From Neocallimastix sp. 'constans' (taxonomy: Eukaryota): a stretch of 64,000 nt of DNA. Shown here one piece after another: positions 14,457 through 27,800 of the stretch; the first letter of the stretch is position 1, and each line of letters starts with the position of its first letter. A model generated the notes under the pieces. The model was not told the DNA's origin. It saw only the letters and a program-made list of their open reading frames with translations, and ran no database searches. Where the stretch lies: the NCBI GenBank assembly GCA_050613775.1, contig JBODTK010000140.1, forward strand, positions 248,001 through 312,000, in the 5' to 3' direction. A program made the translations under genes and the position numbers.

Positions 14457-15294
14457 AATTTATTAAATTTTATTTTTCTCCTTAATAATGATCTTTTTCT
14501 ATAAAAAACTAATATTTTTCTTAAGAACTTGAGAAAAAAGATTATGAATTAATTATATAACTTTCTATTAATTAAATTATATCCGAATATTTTTTTAATT
14601 CCTTTTATTATTATTATTATTGTTGTTGTTGTTGTTGTTATATTTGAGAGTTAAACAAATTAAATGTTATTGATACATTTATATGCATTGTAACGAATAA
14701 TTATTAGTTAACAATTAAATCATCTAAAGTTCTCTAAATGCTTTTTTTTTCTCTTAAATTTTAAATTTTATCATAATCAGTATATGATTTTTAGTAGTAA
14801 TTAATATAATTAATTTATTAAAACATTATAATCCTCATCTTAGTGTATTAAATAATGTAATAATAATTTCAAGCATATTTCATTTAAATGTAACTTATTT
14901 ATTTATTATTAATTTTTTAATAAAACATAAATATTTATAATTATATTACTTATATATTATTTATATTAAAATTTTATATTAATATATAAGCATTTCTGAT
15001 TTATTTTATATTTATATTATTTTATAAAATTTAATGAATTTTTATTTATTATCATTTAAACCTATTAACTTTTATTGAAATCATCTTAATAAAAATAATA
15101 ATTAACAATGTGACCAGTAAAGATGATAAACTTTCAAAAAAAAATAATAATAATAATAATAAAAAAGATTATGTTTATTTAATAATTAATGATATTAATA
15201 TATATTAGATATTTTGAGAATATAAAATATATGTATATAAATATACATATATAATTAAATTTATGCATAGATGATAATTTAAAAAAAAAAAAAA

Positions 15295-15445
15295 CTTAGT
15301 ATTTTGGAAAAAATATTTTGGAAATAATTTATTTGTTATTATGCTTCATTAGATTATTATACTAAGTTTTTTTTTTTTTTTTTTTTTTTAATAAAGCATA
15401 ATAACAAATAAATTATTTCCAAAATATTATTTCCAAAATACTAAG
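15295..15445. repeat. 57-bp near-perfect inverted repeat around a poly-T spacer
   Basis: 15295-15351 is the reverse complement of 15389-15445 with about 2 mismatches. Confidence 0.9.
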
Positions 15446-16037
15446 ATTTTTAAAATTTCGACAAATTTATACTAATTTCGTATTTTTAAATTTTATTAAT
15501 AATTAAATAAATTATTATAGTATTTGATTTTTTTAATTTTTCTTGCCATATAGTTTGTATAATATCATTCCTTTTTCTTTCTCTTTTTTTTTATCTATTT
15601 ATATATTACAATAATAAAGAAATTTTTAAGAATCATTTTAAAAGTTAATTTTTTTTTTTTTCATTCTTAATTTATATATATTATTAAACACATTAAATTA
15701 ATAAATTATTATTAATAAATTTTAATTTTTACTAGTAATAATTATTCGATTTTCGAATTTCAAATAGCATTAGCCATATGTGAAATTAAATAAATAATAT
15801 AATAAAAAAATAATTAAATAATAATAAATTTTGGCTTTTATAATTAAATTTTATAAATAGAAAAAAATGTATAAAAATGTTAACATTTTTGATTTTATTA
15901 TTTATTATTACTTATACATTAAAAACTGTTAAAGAAAGGCCTTCACAATAAATTAATATAAAAAAATATTATTGTAATTTAGAATATTAAAATAGTATTT
16001 ATTTAATTCTAAAATTTAATATTATTCAATATTTTAT

Positions 16038-16078
<41 letters not shown>

Positions 16079-16399
16079 CTATTTCTAAGGTCATTTAAAT
16101 TTAATATTTATATTTATATAAATGTTATATATTAATGTATATGAAATATTTATGTATATTTAATACATATATTATTCCTATTATATATTAGTATATTATT
16201 ATTTATAATAATCTTTACAATATATACATTAAATAAATAATAATGACGTATAATATAAATTTATATTAGTTATATAATATATAATATTAATTTAATATTT
16301 TTAAAATAATTGATAATTATAAAAAAAAAAAAAAAACTTCTATTAGTTGTAGTTTTTATAAAAATCATTATAAATTATTAAAATTTTTATTTAGAAAAA

Positions 16400-16612
16400 T
16401 AAGAAATAGGTAATATATTAATTATATATTCTAATATATAGAAATATATAAATTTTATATGAAATAAAGTATTATAATTATTATAATATAATAATAATAC
16501 ATATTGAAATAAAATAAAATAAAATAATTATCAAAAAGATATAAATTTAATATTTAATAATTATTATTAAATATACAAATATGTTAAAACACATATTTGT
16601 TTTATATTAATA
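16400..16612. repeat. LTR-related dispersed repeat fragment
   Basis: About 210 bp nearly identical to 43798-44013. Its 3' part also matches 12470-12550 inside the solo LTR. Confidence 0.75.
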
Positions 16613-17079
16613 TTAATGATTATTATATAATAAAATTATTATCTATTTATTTTCTTTTTTGTAGATAAAACGTATTTTAAAAATTAAAATACATATATAA
16701 TTACTTTTTAAATATAACACTTAAAATCAGAAATCAATGATATATTTATTTATTTATTTATTTATTTATTTATTTTATTACTTTTACATTAAGAAAGACC
16801 TATTCATTTAGGAATATGTCATTACATGTTGTTTATAATCATTTTTCTATAATAGTCTAATATTATTGGTAACATTTAATGATACATTGCATGATACTAT
16901 CAAGTTGAAATATTTTACATTTAATAATGTTGTATAATATACAATTTAATTGAACACATAATTACTCTATTTATCATTATTCCAACATTGGCATTTTCTA
17001 CATTTCCATGATGAAATCGGTACATTATTTGAGCTTGGGTCCTGAAATACTTTTGGTTAATGGATTTTCCTTCATTGAG

Positions 17080-17600
17080 TAAGAATCAATGAGTATTAAT
17101 TTAATTTCATTTTTAAAAATTCATCTTGAAAAGATTTGTATTTTATGTTCATATATTTGCATCGTCCTTTTTTGTTTTCAATTTCAGCTATATCCTTACA
17201 TGGTTTATTATCTATTTTAATATTAATTTTAATATTCGTTTGAATATTTCATTTATTAATATTTTAATCCATATAGCTTGTTTTTTTCATTCTATTAAAC
17301 TTGAGAATTTGGCTTCTGTGGTTGATAAGGCTATATTTTTCTGATTTCCATGATATTGAACTATTTCCTAATGCAAAGATATATCCTGAGATGGATCTTC
17401 TTTTAATTTCATTAGTAGGAAATCTCATCACAATAAATTCTTAAAATTTTCTTTCCGTTATAATGAATTGAATAGTTCTTTGTATTTTTAAGGTATTTTA
17501 ATATTTGAATACCTACATTCAAATCAGCCTATATTGAATTCGCAAAAAATCTTGAGGCTTGATTTATTGCAAATGCTGAATATCATTTGTGAAAGTTTAT
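17080..17600 (-). mobile_element. Ty1/copia RT-RNase H remnant
   Basis: Minus-strand translation gives AFAINQASRF and RRSISGYIFALGNSSISWKSE, typical of the copia RT end and RNase H. Confidence 0.8.
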
Positions 17601-17794
17601 TAATTGTATTTTATAGCTAATACAATATATTTTGAGAAAAAATTTAGATATCTTTATTACATAAAACATAAATAATTAAAGCAAATTAAATTTTATTTGA
17701 ACGTTTCTTATTTAGTTTTTATTTAAAAGAATTCAATGATAATTTCCCTAAAAGTTATTAAAGGTTATGCTAATTCTTTATCCTTGGTTTTTAA

Positions 17795-18205
17795 GTCATG
17801 TTGGTCCAGTTGGTCACTACAAAATAAACATTGAGGTTTTCTATCCTGGGGTATCATGCAACCACAGTGGAATCCAAAAGGCTTTCTATTGGCTGCTTAT
17901 TCACCCAATCCTGATACACTACCACTTAATCACAGACCTTGATGATGTCCCAGGCTAATTTTATACGAGTTGGACGACGGGCAAATTCCAAGACATCAAT
18001 GATTACACCGACTAGAGGAGTCAATGGTTCTAGTTCCGATGCTAATGGTCAATGGAGATATATGTAGGAATGCATAGGAATTCATCTCCACGAAAAAAGG
18101 TAACTTCGTGTTGTGAACGGCGACGTTGTACTGGTACATCATATATCATCATATCTACAGTAATAACTGTTGGGGCACTAATGGGAGATGGGTACCCATT
18201 ATATA
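17795..18205 (+). mobile_element. Diverged SINE family A relative with an internally deleted tRNA head
   Basis: Starts GTCATGTTGGTCCAGTTGGTCACT. Shares collinear blocks with family A: TTCTATCCTGGG, AGACCTTGATGAT, CAATGATTACACC, GGAGATATATGTAGGAA, ATGGGAGATGGGTACCCAT. Confidence 0.8.
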
Positions 18206-18538
18206 TGTTCTATAATAATTTTTTATCTTTGATTTTAAATTTATTTTATATGAATATTATATATTAGAAATTTTATTTATGAATTATATAGTATTTGTGA
18301 AACCTTAAATTTGAATTTTTTCTATTTTTTCCACCTTTAAAATATAAAAAATTATTTTTATATTATTTATATTTATATTTATTATAATTTTATTATTACT
18401 ATTATTAAAAAACAATAATTTTGCTATTTTTTTTATTTATTTAATTAGATTTAATATTATAAATTTAATGAAATACAAATATGCTTTTTTTTTTTTAAAA
18501 AAAAAATTGTTTTAAATATAAAAACATGAAAATAGCAT

Positions 18539-18977
18539 AGACATGCACATATGGGTACCCATCTCCCATATGGCCATACAGTTATTAATTAACTGTAAGG
18601 TGATGAGTTATTGGCATACTGTATCAGCTTCGCCGCTCTCAATCGTCGTTACACACTGCCCGGAGATGCATTCCTAACGTTCCTACATACATCTCTAATG
18701 ACCACGAGCATCAGAACGGAACCATTAACTCCTCCCTAGTGGGTGTAATCATTGGCGATTGGAAATTTTACAATCATCAAGGTCTATGCTTCAATTCAAA
18801 GCGTAGTATCAGGGATGGGTGAAATAATCATTTGAGGGAAAGCCTTATGGACATCACGTGTGGTCTCATGATATCCCAGGATAGAAACCTCATCCGATTA
18901 TTTGGTGCCATGCCGAGGATTCGAACCCCGCCCTCTACAGTGACCTGTATCGTCCTAACCGACTGGACCAACATGGC
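18539..18977 (-). mobile_element. tRNA-derived SINE, family A, copy 2 (best preserved)
   Basis: Head 18903-18977 folds as a cloverleaf: acceptor GCCATGT/GCATGGC, D-stem GTCC/GGAC, T-arm CGGGG-TTCGAAT-CCTCG, ending ACCA. Perfect 14-bp target duplication CATGAAAATAGCAT (18525-18538, 18978-18991). Confidence 0.92.
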
Positions 18978-19749
18978 CATGAAAATAGCATGCTATTTCT
19001 TCTTTTTTTTTTTGTGTAAAGTGTACCGTGTAACATTTTATTTTCTTTATTTTTTTTTTTATATATGTGTACCATACCTGAATTCTCCCCCTTATTTCTA
19101 TATTTATATAATTATCTGTGCTACGAAATTGTAAATAAAAATTATATATTCGATTTAAAAATTTATTTCTATATAATATTTATTTATTTATTTAAAATGA
19201 TTATCTATGGATTTTCATGTTTCAAAAAGGATTTAAAAAAAAAAAACTATATGTTATATTGTAATTTAACATTATATTACACACATATATTAAATATTGA
19301 AATTTAATATTAGCTTAAAACCAATATTTATTTTAATACATTAGTATGTCCCCAATGAAAAGTTTAATAAATAATAAAAATTAATTAAAATCATTCTTAA
19401 AATTTATGTAATATATGAATGATTTGCTTATAATTTAAGTTTTTATTTTTTTTTTATGATTTAAAATTTAAAAATATTTATAATAGAATTATTTTTAAGT
19501 TTTCAATTAGATATATTCCATTTTTCTTTTTAAAAAAATAATAAAATACAATAATTTTAAAAATATTCATATATTAAAAGAATTATATAAATAATAAAAA
19601 CTAATACTATAATTAAATATATCGTATATGTGGTTATATATGTGGTAAATGAAATAAATTACAATATTTTATAATTTTTTTTCTTTTATTTATGATTTTA
19701 TTATCATTTATATTTTAAATTTTAATAGTTGAATATTTTATATTATCAA

Positions 19750-19954
<205 letters not shown>

Positions 19955-20748
19955 AATAATTTGTAATTTTAATATATCACAGAAAATGATGACTAATAAA
20001 ATAGTATAAAAATTGAAATATTGATAATATATATTCAAAAAAATTTCATGTAATTTCAGAATATTGAAATTATATTTTAGTTTATATTTTCAATAAACAT
20101 GAATAAATGGGCAACTAATTTATTGGTTTATATATAAAATAACTTGATGAAAAACTAATTTATTATAATTAGATTTTACTTATATTAATTAATAAATAAG
20201 TTTTCCATTTTAATGTTAGTAAAACGTGAAATATAAGTATATTACATATAAACTTTATTTATAATAAATTTTATTTTTATTTTAAAATAACAATATATAT
20301 TGTAATATACTATTTATATTATTATATCATTAACGTCAATATATGTTTATTTATATTATTTAATATTTATTAATATATTACAAATAAATAAAATAATTGT
20401 TCTTTTCTGTAATAACTTTTTTTATAAAAGAATAAATTTTGGTCTTTATACATTTTAATTTTATTTTAAATATAAAAATATTACAGGAAATAATTATAAA
20501 ATATTTAAATAGTAAAAAATTAAAAATAAAGTAAAAATGTTTTTTACTTTTAATTAACAACAAAATTCGAATAAGGAAAATATTTTATTAAATTATAATT
20601 GAAAATTAATTTCAATAAATGTTAATATATTTACTTTTTTTGAAATGTTCTAAAAAAAAAAAAAAATTAGAAAAAAAATAATAAAAATTTGTTAAAACAA
20701 AAAAAAAAACAAATTATATATATTTTAAGAAGTAATTAAAATTCAAAA

Positions 20749-23298
20749 ATGAATATGTTATTATTAAATACAATAATTTTAACTATCATTGGATTAGGTA
20801 TATAATTTCTAAAATAAATTTTTAAAAATAAATTAAAAATTAGAATATTAATAGTTTATAAAATATATATAAAATGTATATAAAATAATAATGATAGTTA
20901 ATGCAATTGAAGTTACATTGCATGGTTTTCTGTATGTTCAAAATGAATTTCATAACAATTTAGAAAAAACAGTAAATGAATATATGAAATCAAAAAATTT
21001 GGATATTACCTTAAAAACTGTTTTTGAAAATCCAGATTCTAGTTCAGGTGATCCCAATCATGTAGCTAATGCACTTGAACAAATAATATTAAAAAAGGAT
21101 AAAGGTTATGATCTTTACCTTACTGATACTGTATATACTGGACGTTTTGCTCAGCATTTTGAAGATTTAAATAAATATGTTGATAAAAAGGTAATAGATC
21201 TTTATAAAGATGGTACCGCTACAAATACATGTTACGTGGATACGAAGCTTGTTGGTTTAGTAAGTATTTTATATAAATATTAACTATTAAAAACTTTTTT
21301 AAATTATTAAATTATTTTCAATTATTAATTTTATAAAAAAAAAATATTAAAAAAATATAGCCACTTTCAGTAGATTATGGGGGTTTATATTCTAATATGA
21401 GTTTATTGAATAAATATAATCAGACTATTCCAAAAACATGGGATGAATTAATTAATACTACAAATTATATTTATGAAAGAGAATCACAATTAGATCCTGA
21501 ATTACATAAATATTTGGCGCATTTTCCGGAATATGAAAATGGTTTGGTATCTCTTCTTGAATTTATTCATTCATTTAGAGATTCACCAAATGATAAATTT
21601 CCAGAATATACTAGTGATAATGCGGTAGCTGCTCTTGAAGAAATGAAAAAAATTAAAGAAAATGCTTCAACTTCAGATGATTTTGCAACCAATGAAATTT
21701 TAATGATGGGTGCTTTAATTACTGGTAAATATATTTTTGCGAGATTCTGGTATATAGGAGATAGTTTATCTAAAGAATATGAACTCAGTTTCAATCAACT
21801 TCCTGGTAAGAAGGAAGGTATTTCTGCCTCATGTATTGGTGGTAGTAATACATCTATGAATAGATATATTAGTGAGGAAAGAAAAAAAGCTGCTGCTGAA
21901 GTTTTAAATTTTATTAATTCATTTGAACAACAAAAGAAGAATATTATAACAAATAATTTTAGAAGTGCTATTCATTCTACCTATAGTGATCCCGAAGTTT
22001 GTCAAAAAATTGATTGTCCAAAATTTAGTTCAATGCAAGGTATTGTAAGACCAAGTAGTTCATCTGTTAATTATGAGCAATATTCTGAGAGATTTCGTGA
22101 GTTAGCAAGAAAATTTATTTTTAATGAAAGTAATCAATCTGCTAAGGAAATTTTAGAAGAAATTGATGATATCAGAAAAATTCATTATGTTGAAGTTAAT
22201 TCTGTTGCAAGTATTATTATTTTATCGTTTACTTTATTAACATTAATTTCATTATTCTGTTCTTACATCTACTTATCTATTAAGCGCTTCAGAAAACAAT
22301 TCAATTTCTTAACGTACGGTTACTGGTGTATATTTTTATTTGGTATATTAATGGCTTTATGTTATTGTTTAACTGGTATACACAAGCTTACGGACTATAA
22401 TTGTTTAATAAGACCATTCCTTCTCTCAATTGGGTTTTCACTAATTTATATACCATTCTTCCTTAAAATGATTTCTATATTCCCAAGTAAGAATGGAATA
22501 GCAAAGTTTGTAAAAGAACATTTTATGTTAGTTTTTATAGTTTTCTTAATTATTGATGTAATATTAAATATTACATGGTATTTATTAGATCCAATGGGTG
22601 TAAATAAATTTATGGTTACAGCCGGTAAGAACTTTCAATATTGTAGTTCATTCAGTTCTACTGGAAAAATTATGCAATATATAATGTACGGATTAAAATT
22701 AACCATTCTTGTTATTATGTGTGTGTTGGTATTTGCAGAATGGAATCTTGCTGCCTTTAAACAAGATATTAGATCAATAACTTCTACACTCTATATTAAT
22801 ATTTTACTTATTGGCTTATTCATTATCGTTGAACATATCAATATCCAAAATAGATATTTATTTTTTGGTCTTAGATCTGCATTAGTTTTATGTTTCTGTA
22901 TTTCAACATTAACTATTATTTTTGGAAGTAAATATTATAATATTTCTATTCGAAAAGAAAATCTTTTCTCAGATGTTAGTACTTTCAAGAGTTCAAGTGG
23001 AAGTATTAATAGTTCACACTATTACAATAGTAATTTCGTTAGATCTCAAATAAGTCAAAACAACACCCAATATAGTCAAATTAATAATAAATCAGGATTA
23101 TTAAGTTATCATTACCAAACCGGAAATTCAGCTATGCCTATGACAACTGCTAAACCAACATTATTCTCATCTACTATAAATAATTCATATAATGGTAACT
23201 TATTCAGTAATAGTAGTAACTATAATAATAATAACTATAGTAATAATAATTATAGTAATAATAATTATAGTAATAATAATTATAGTAATTATTATTAA
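20749..23298 (+). CDS. GPCR-like receptor: extracellular sugar solute-binding-protein domain fused to a class C-like 7TM domain (3 exons: 20749-20797, 20898-21259, 21361-23298)
   Basis: Spliced signal peptide MNMLLLNTIILTIIGLVNA. SBP motifs YDLYLTD, FEDLNKY, LVGLPLSVDYGGLYSN..LLNKY...PKTWDEL, SASCIGG. About seven hydrophobic helices, including CLIRPFLLSIGFSLIY, then an N/S-rich tail. Intron phases are consistent. Confidence 0.9.
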
Positions 23299-23406
23299 AA
23301 TGAAAATAATGCAGTTGTTAATAATTAATTCTTGAGGAATGAATCTATATATAAAAATAATAAATTTTAATTTTTTTTATTTATTGAATAATAATTTTTT
23401 TATTAA

Positions 23407-23449
<43 letters not shown>

Positions 23450-23639
23450 TATTTATTATTTATTTTATTATTTATTTTATTTATTATTCAAATTTTTATA
23501 CATATATATATATAATTTAATTTAATTATCATTGCAATAGAAAAATAAAAATATATTGTTAAAAAATTATTATTTTAAAAAAAAAATTCATAGAATATAA
23601 GAATATAAAGTATGATTGAATAAGAAAAAATTAATAAAA

Positions 23640-23690
<51 letters not shown>

Positions 23691-23842
23691 AATTATCATT
23701 TAATAATTTAATTTAATTTATCATTCTAAAAAAATTAAAAAGATAGATATAAAAAAAATTACAAAATTAATATTTATTTGTTTAATTGTTTATTTTAGCT
23801 AAAGGACGAACATCTTAATTTTCGTGGTACTGAGGATGAGTG

Positions 23843-24496
23843 TTTTTTTTTTTTTTTTAACTTCTAGTGTGTAATACCTTAATTTTCAGCCTCCCCCTCA
23901 AGGTATAGGAATATTGTGGTAGTCACAACACTTTCGTATGCTTTTCGCATTGGCAGATATTGTCCCTACTGGACGACCTTATTAAGTGTTCAATATTGAT
24001 GCTCTGACATACATATTATTGTTAAGTATTTTCTAGTACGCTTTTTCACAGAGTGCTTCTCCAGTTCCTGATCAATAAAACCTAACCCATTGAGATACGT
24101 ACTAGCTCCCTTGGTAATTACATTTAAGTCAGAAAGATTATAATTTAGTAGAATATATCTACATGGATGCATAATATATACACATATGTTAGGAATTCCT
24201 TTGTAAATATATTAAATGACAGAACTTAAGGCCAGTTAGAAAAGTATCTTGTCTATATTATTTAGGAGATTTAAAGCAATGAATATATATGAGGGAAATA
24301 CTTATTTGTAGTACTACCCACCATATTCTGTTAAAACCTCTTGTAAGGAAAACCGGAAATGCTCAAAGGAAGGGATAGAACCAGAACCATTATGTATGCA
24401 AGCCTACGGACTAACAACCAGGATAGAACTTGATTCCATTTCGAGGATGGTGGTAAAGAAGTGTGCATTTTGAAACATTGCATTTCGAAACGTGAC
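23843..24496 (-). mobile_element. SINE family B copy with a degenerate tRNA head and poly-A tail
   Basis: Collinear with 58641..59270 in the opposite orientation (TTCTATCCTGGTTGTTAGTCCGT, CCATGTAGATATA, AGCTAGTACG, AATGGGTTAGGTT, GTCCAG.AGGGACAATATCTG). The T-run at 23843-23858 is its poly-A tail. The 5' end GTCACGTT...ATCCTCGAAATGGAATCA resembles the family A head. Confidence 0.78.
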
Positions 24497-24503
24497 TTTA
24501 TAT

Positions 24504-25245
24504 TGTTGAAATTATAACTGAATTGAAATCTCAATTTCAGTTATTTACATTTCAATAGTTGAAAATATTATTTATTTAATTATAAATAATAAACATATTT
24601 AAATAATTAATACTTAATAGAAATTTTATTTAATATTTAAAGAATTATCTTAGGCCATTAATATATTAGATTTATATTAATAATTACAATTATCTACATA
24701 TGACGTCACATGTATTTATTTATATTATGTTTATATATATGTTTACGATATATATATTAACTACTATTTATAATTATTCAAATTAATTATATAATTACAA
24801 ATTAAATTTATTTAGTTATATTAAATATTTTAAACATATCGATATTGTTATTAACTTAATATTTTATTAATATTCATATTACAATATTATTAATATCTTA
24901 TAATTAAATACTATTATTATGTAACTTACAAAGTATAAAAGAAAGATGTAAAAATTTAAAGAAAGATATAAAAATTAATCTTTTATGTTCTTTGTAAGGT
25001 TATTGTATTTACAATAATTATATACTAATAATTCAATAAATAAATATATTATAAATCTTTCAAAAAATTATTATTAAAATTATTCTTTAAATATTTAGTG
25101 TTTAAATAACTAAACTTATTATCTTATTTTATTTAATTATTACCTCATTATTAATTAATTATTGTTGGATTATTAATATATAATTCAACATATTGACCTA
25201 GTAACAGTATAAGTTATAAAACCATTTCCTATCTTAATTTCAACA
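24504..25245. mobile_element. Solo LTR (742 bp)
   Basis: Perfect 10-bp inverted ends TGTTGAAATT...AATTTCAACA and 5-bp target duplication TATAT. Related to 11650..12991. Confidence 0.82.
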
Positions 25246-25719
25246 TATATAAATAAGTGGCGTACTTATAATTCGTTTATGTAAATCTGACGTAAATTTA
25301 AAATTAAGTATTATAAATTTTATTATTAAATAATGAAATATTTAATAATAAGATTTATAATACTTAATTTTAAAGATATATCTTAATATTTTTTGTTAAA
25401 ATATTTATAATAAAATATTTAATAATATTTAATTTTAAAAAGATTCTTTAATATTTTTAAAATAGCCTAATTCAATAAAATTCAATAATAATCAATCATT
25501 GGATAGAACTATTTTTTAAAACAGATTTAATTATTAATATATTATAAATTTGTATGACAGCATTTTCATTTAATAATTTCTCTGTCATTATTAATTATTA
25601 ATTATTTAATTAATAATTCTAATATTTAAATCATTTAAACGTTTTAACCATAATTCAATGAAATCATTTATATTACTTTTTTTTTTTTAATAAAAATTCC
25701 ATTTTTTGTAGTATTTATT

Positions 25720-25756
25720 TAAATCATTGATTTCATCAGTTCTTCCTTGTCTTCTT

Positions 25757-25792
<36 letters not shown>

Positions 25793-26960
25793 CACCTCCA
25801 TTTCTCCTTTAGTAATCCATTATAAGATAAGAATTTCTCTTTTTGTATTGTTAATAATAATTTGTAAAAAGTTGGCTTGTCTGAAAATAAATTTTTTAAG
25901 TAATTATTATAAGATTCTGAAGCATTAATTATTATATGTCCTGTATTATTATAATAATTCAAATATTCTATAGCTTTTTAAATAAGTTTTTTCAAAGTAA
26001 TCTAAAAATTCAAAAAATTGGACGTAATTTTGTTCATGGCACTCATTTTTAATTTTATCATAAATATCATTTATATATTTAGGGATTTATAAATGGAAAG
26101 TTCGAAATATACTTATAATAAATATACAAATCTTTTTTATTTTCCACTTCATTAAAACATATTTTATTTTTATTTTTCTCTAATGTACTTTTATAGTGAA
26201 AAATGCAATATTTCATTTTTTATATTAGGATAAACTTTTTCTGCAGCATAAGATATTCCTATTTTAAAATCACAATGAAAATTTTCTTGTGCATTTAAAA
26301 TATTATAATATTTACTAGAATTTTTTTTTTTATTTCTTCTAATAATATGTCATAAGTAAATTTGTACTTAATATAGAAAAAGAAGTAGTGTAACTAAATT
26401 TTGGTGCTACACAGAATGTTCCATCTGCAAATATATCATTATATTTTAAAAATAACTCAACTTAAAATGGGGATTGAAAAATTATTATATTTGAAATTTT
26501 GAATACTACTATGCTTTCATCTATTTCTGTTTTATGATATTCTGATTCATCTGGGATTTCATAAAAAGTTATTATATCAGGAGGTAGTTGCTTATTTATA
26601 TTTCATTATTTAAATGTATTATATTCAGAACATATAAATCTCATTTCTTGAGAACTTTTTATTAAATGTATGTTTTTGTTTTTGATCAAAAGGAGCTGAA
26701 CTTTTTCTAATATCTTCTTTAATTTCTGTTTCGCTCTTGATATAGATACATCAAATTCTTTTGAGATGATTATGTAAGCTTTCATGATTTAGGATCCCCT
26801 TTTTATTGTTTAAAATAATGAAAGATTTATATTTATTTGATGTCTTATATTCAGTACATCTATATACTTTTGAATTACCTATCTTTGTTTTTGAAAAATT
26901 ATCTTATATTTTTTATTTACAATAATTTATTCTTTCCCCTATCTGTTTTACTTATTTCAA
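25720..26960 (-). mobile_element. Degraded MULE transposase
   Basis: Minus-strand fragments YRCTEYK...HNHL (N-terminal Zn-finger-like), IFADGTFCVAPK, FHCDFKIGISYAAEKVYP, YCIFH, INASESYNNYL. Multiple frameshifts. Confidence 0.85.
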
Positions 26961-27499
26961 TTTTTAGATTTTTTTTTTTCTTTTTTAATGATTAAAAATA
27001 AAATATATTTAATTTTTTATAATTTATTATTTATTTATTTAACAAGTATAAATTAAGTATTATAAAAAAATTTTTTGTTTTTTAAATTTTTTTTTTAAAT
27101 CGGTCTCATATAAATTCAGGAAGTAGTCAAGGGGTCGATTCAGAAACTCATATATTAATTATAATCAAAAGTTCAAAGCTAGGGAGAAAGAAGAGGTTTG
27201 ATTAATAATATTTTCCTTTCATAAAAATAGAATGACATTCCCAAAAGCAAATTAGATAGTACAAATTTTTATCACAATTCAACTTTAAATTTAGTTACTG
27301 TTCATTTAAGAAATTTGGCACACACACACACAGAAGTTTAACAAATATATATATATATATGAAACTTTTTTTTTAATTAAATCTATTTATTAAAATAAAA
27401 ATTAAAAATAATTACTATTTTATAAACTATATAATAGCATGAAGCAAATAAAAAATAAATTAATTATAAAACCATTTTAATAAATTTATTCAGATATTA

Positions 27500-27800
27500 T
27501 TGGCATAAAAATAATGACCATTAAATAATATATATGCTATATCACTTTCATTGATAATTTTGATAGAAAATTTTGGATATATTTTTAAAACATAAATTCG
27601 AAGCCTTTAGAATATTCATTGGAATTTCACAAACTTATGAAAGATACAATTCATTTTAATTATAATAAACAGTCAAAATAATTAATTTAGAAGAAATATT
27701 TGAAAAATGAAAGTATGCCTGTTTCTCATTCAATACTAGAAAACACACAATAGCATAGCAGTGTCAAAAAAGTTAATGAATAATTGAATAACTGAACTAA
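27500..27800 (+). mobile_element. Ty1/copia integrase remnant
   Basis: CYITFIDNFDRKFWIYF / KHKFEAFRIF resembles the copia integrase core YFITFIDDFSRKTWVYFLK.KSEAF. Confidence 0.7.

Noticed and set aside
18903..18977. Functional tRNA gene
   Set aside because: The anticodon arm is non-canonical (4-6-nt loop) and the unit is embedded in a repeat with target duplications, so it is called a SINE head.
17767..19134. Short ORFs 17767, 18052 and 18832 (likewise 23990, 24331, 59026, 59099)
   Set aside because: They lie in SINE copies and their frames are not conserved between copies.
23800..23842. Possible hammerhead ribozyme (CTGAGGA with nearby GACGAA)
   Set aside because: No GAAA core in a compatible position and stems I-III cannot be formed.
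25255..27135. Terminal inverted repeats for the MULE remnant
   Set aside because: Candidate ends near 25257 and 27100-27134 match only weakly.
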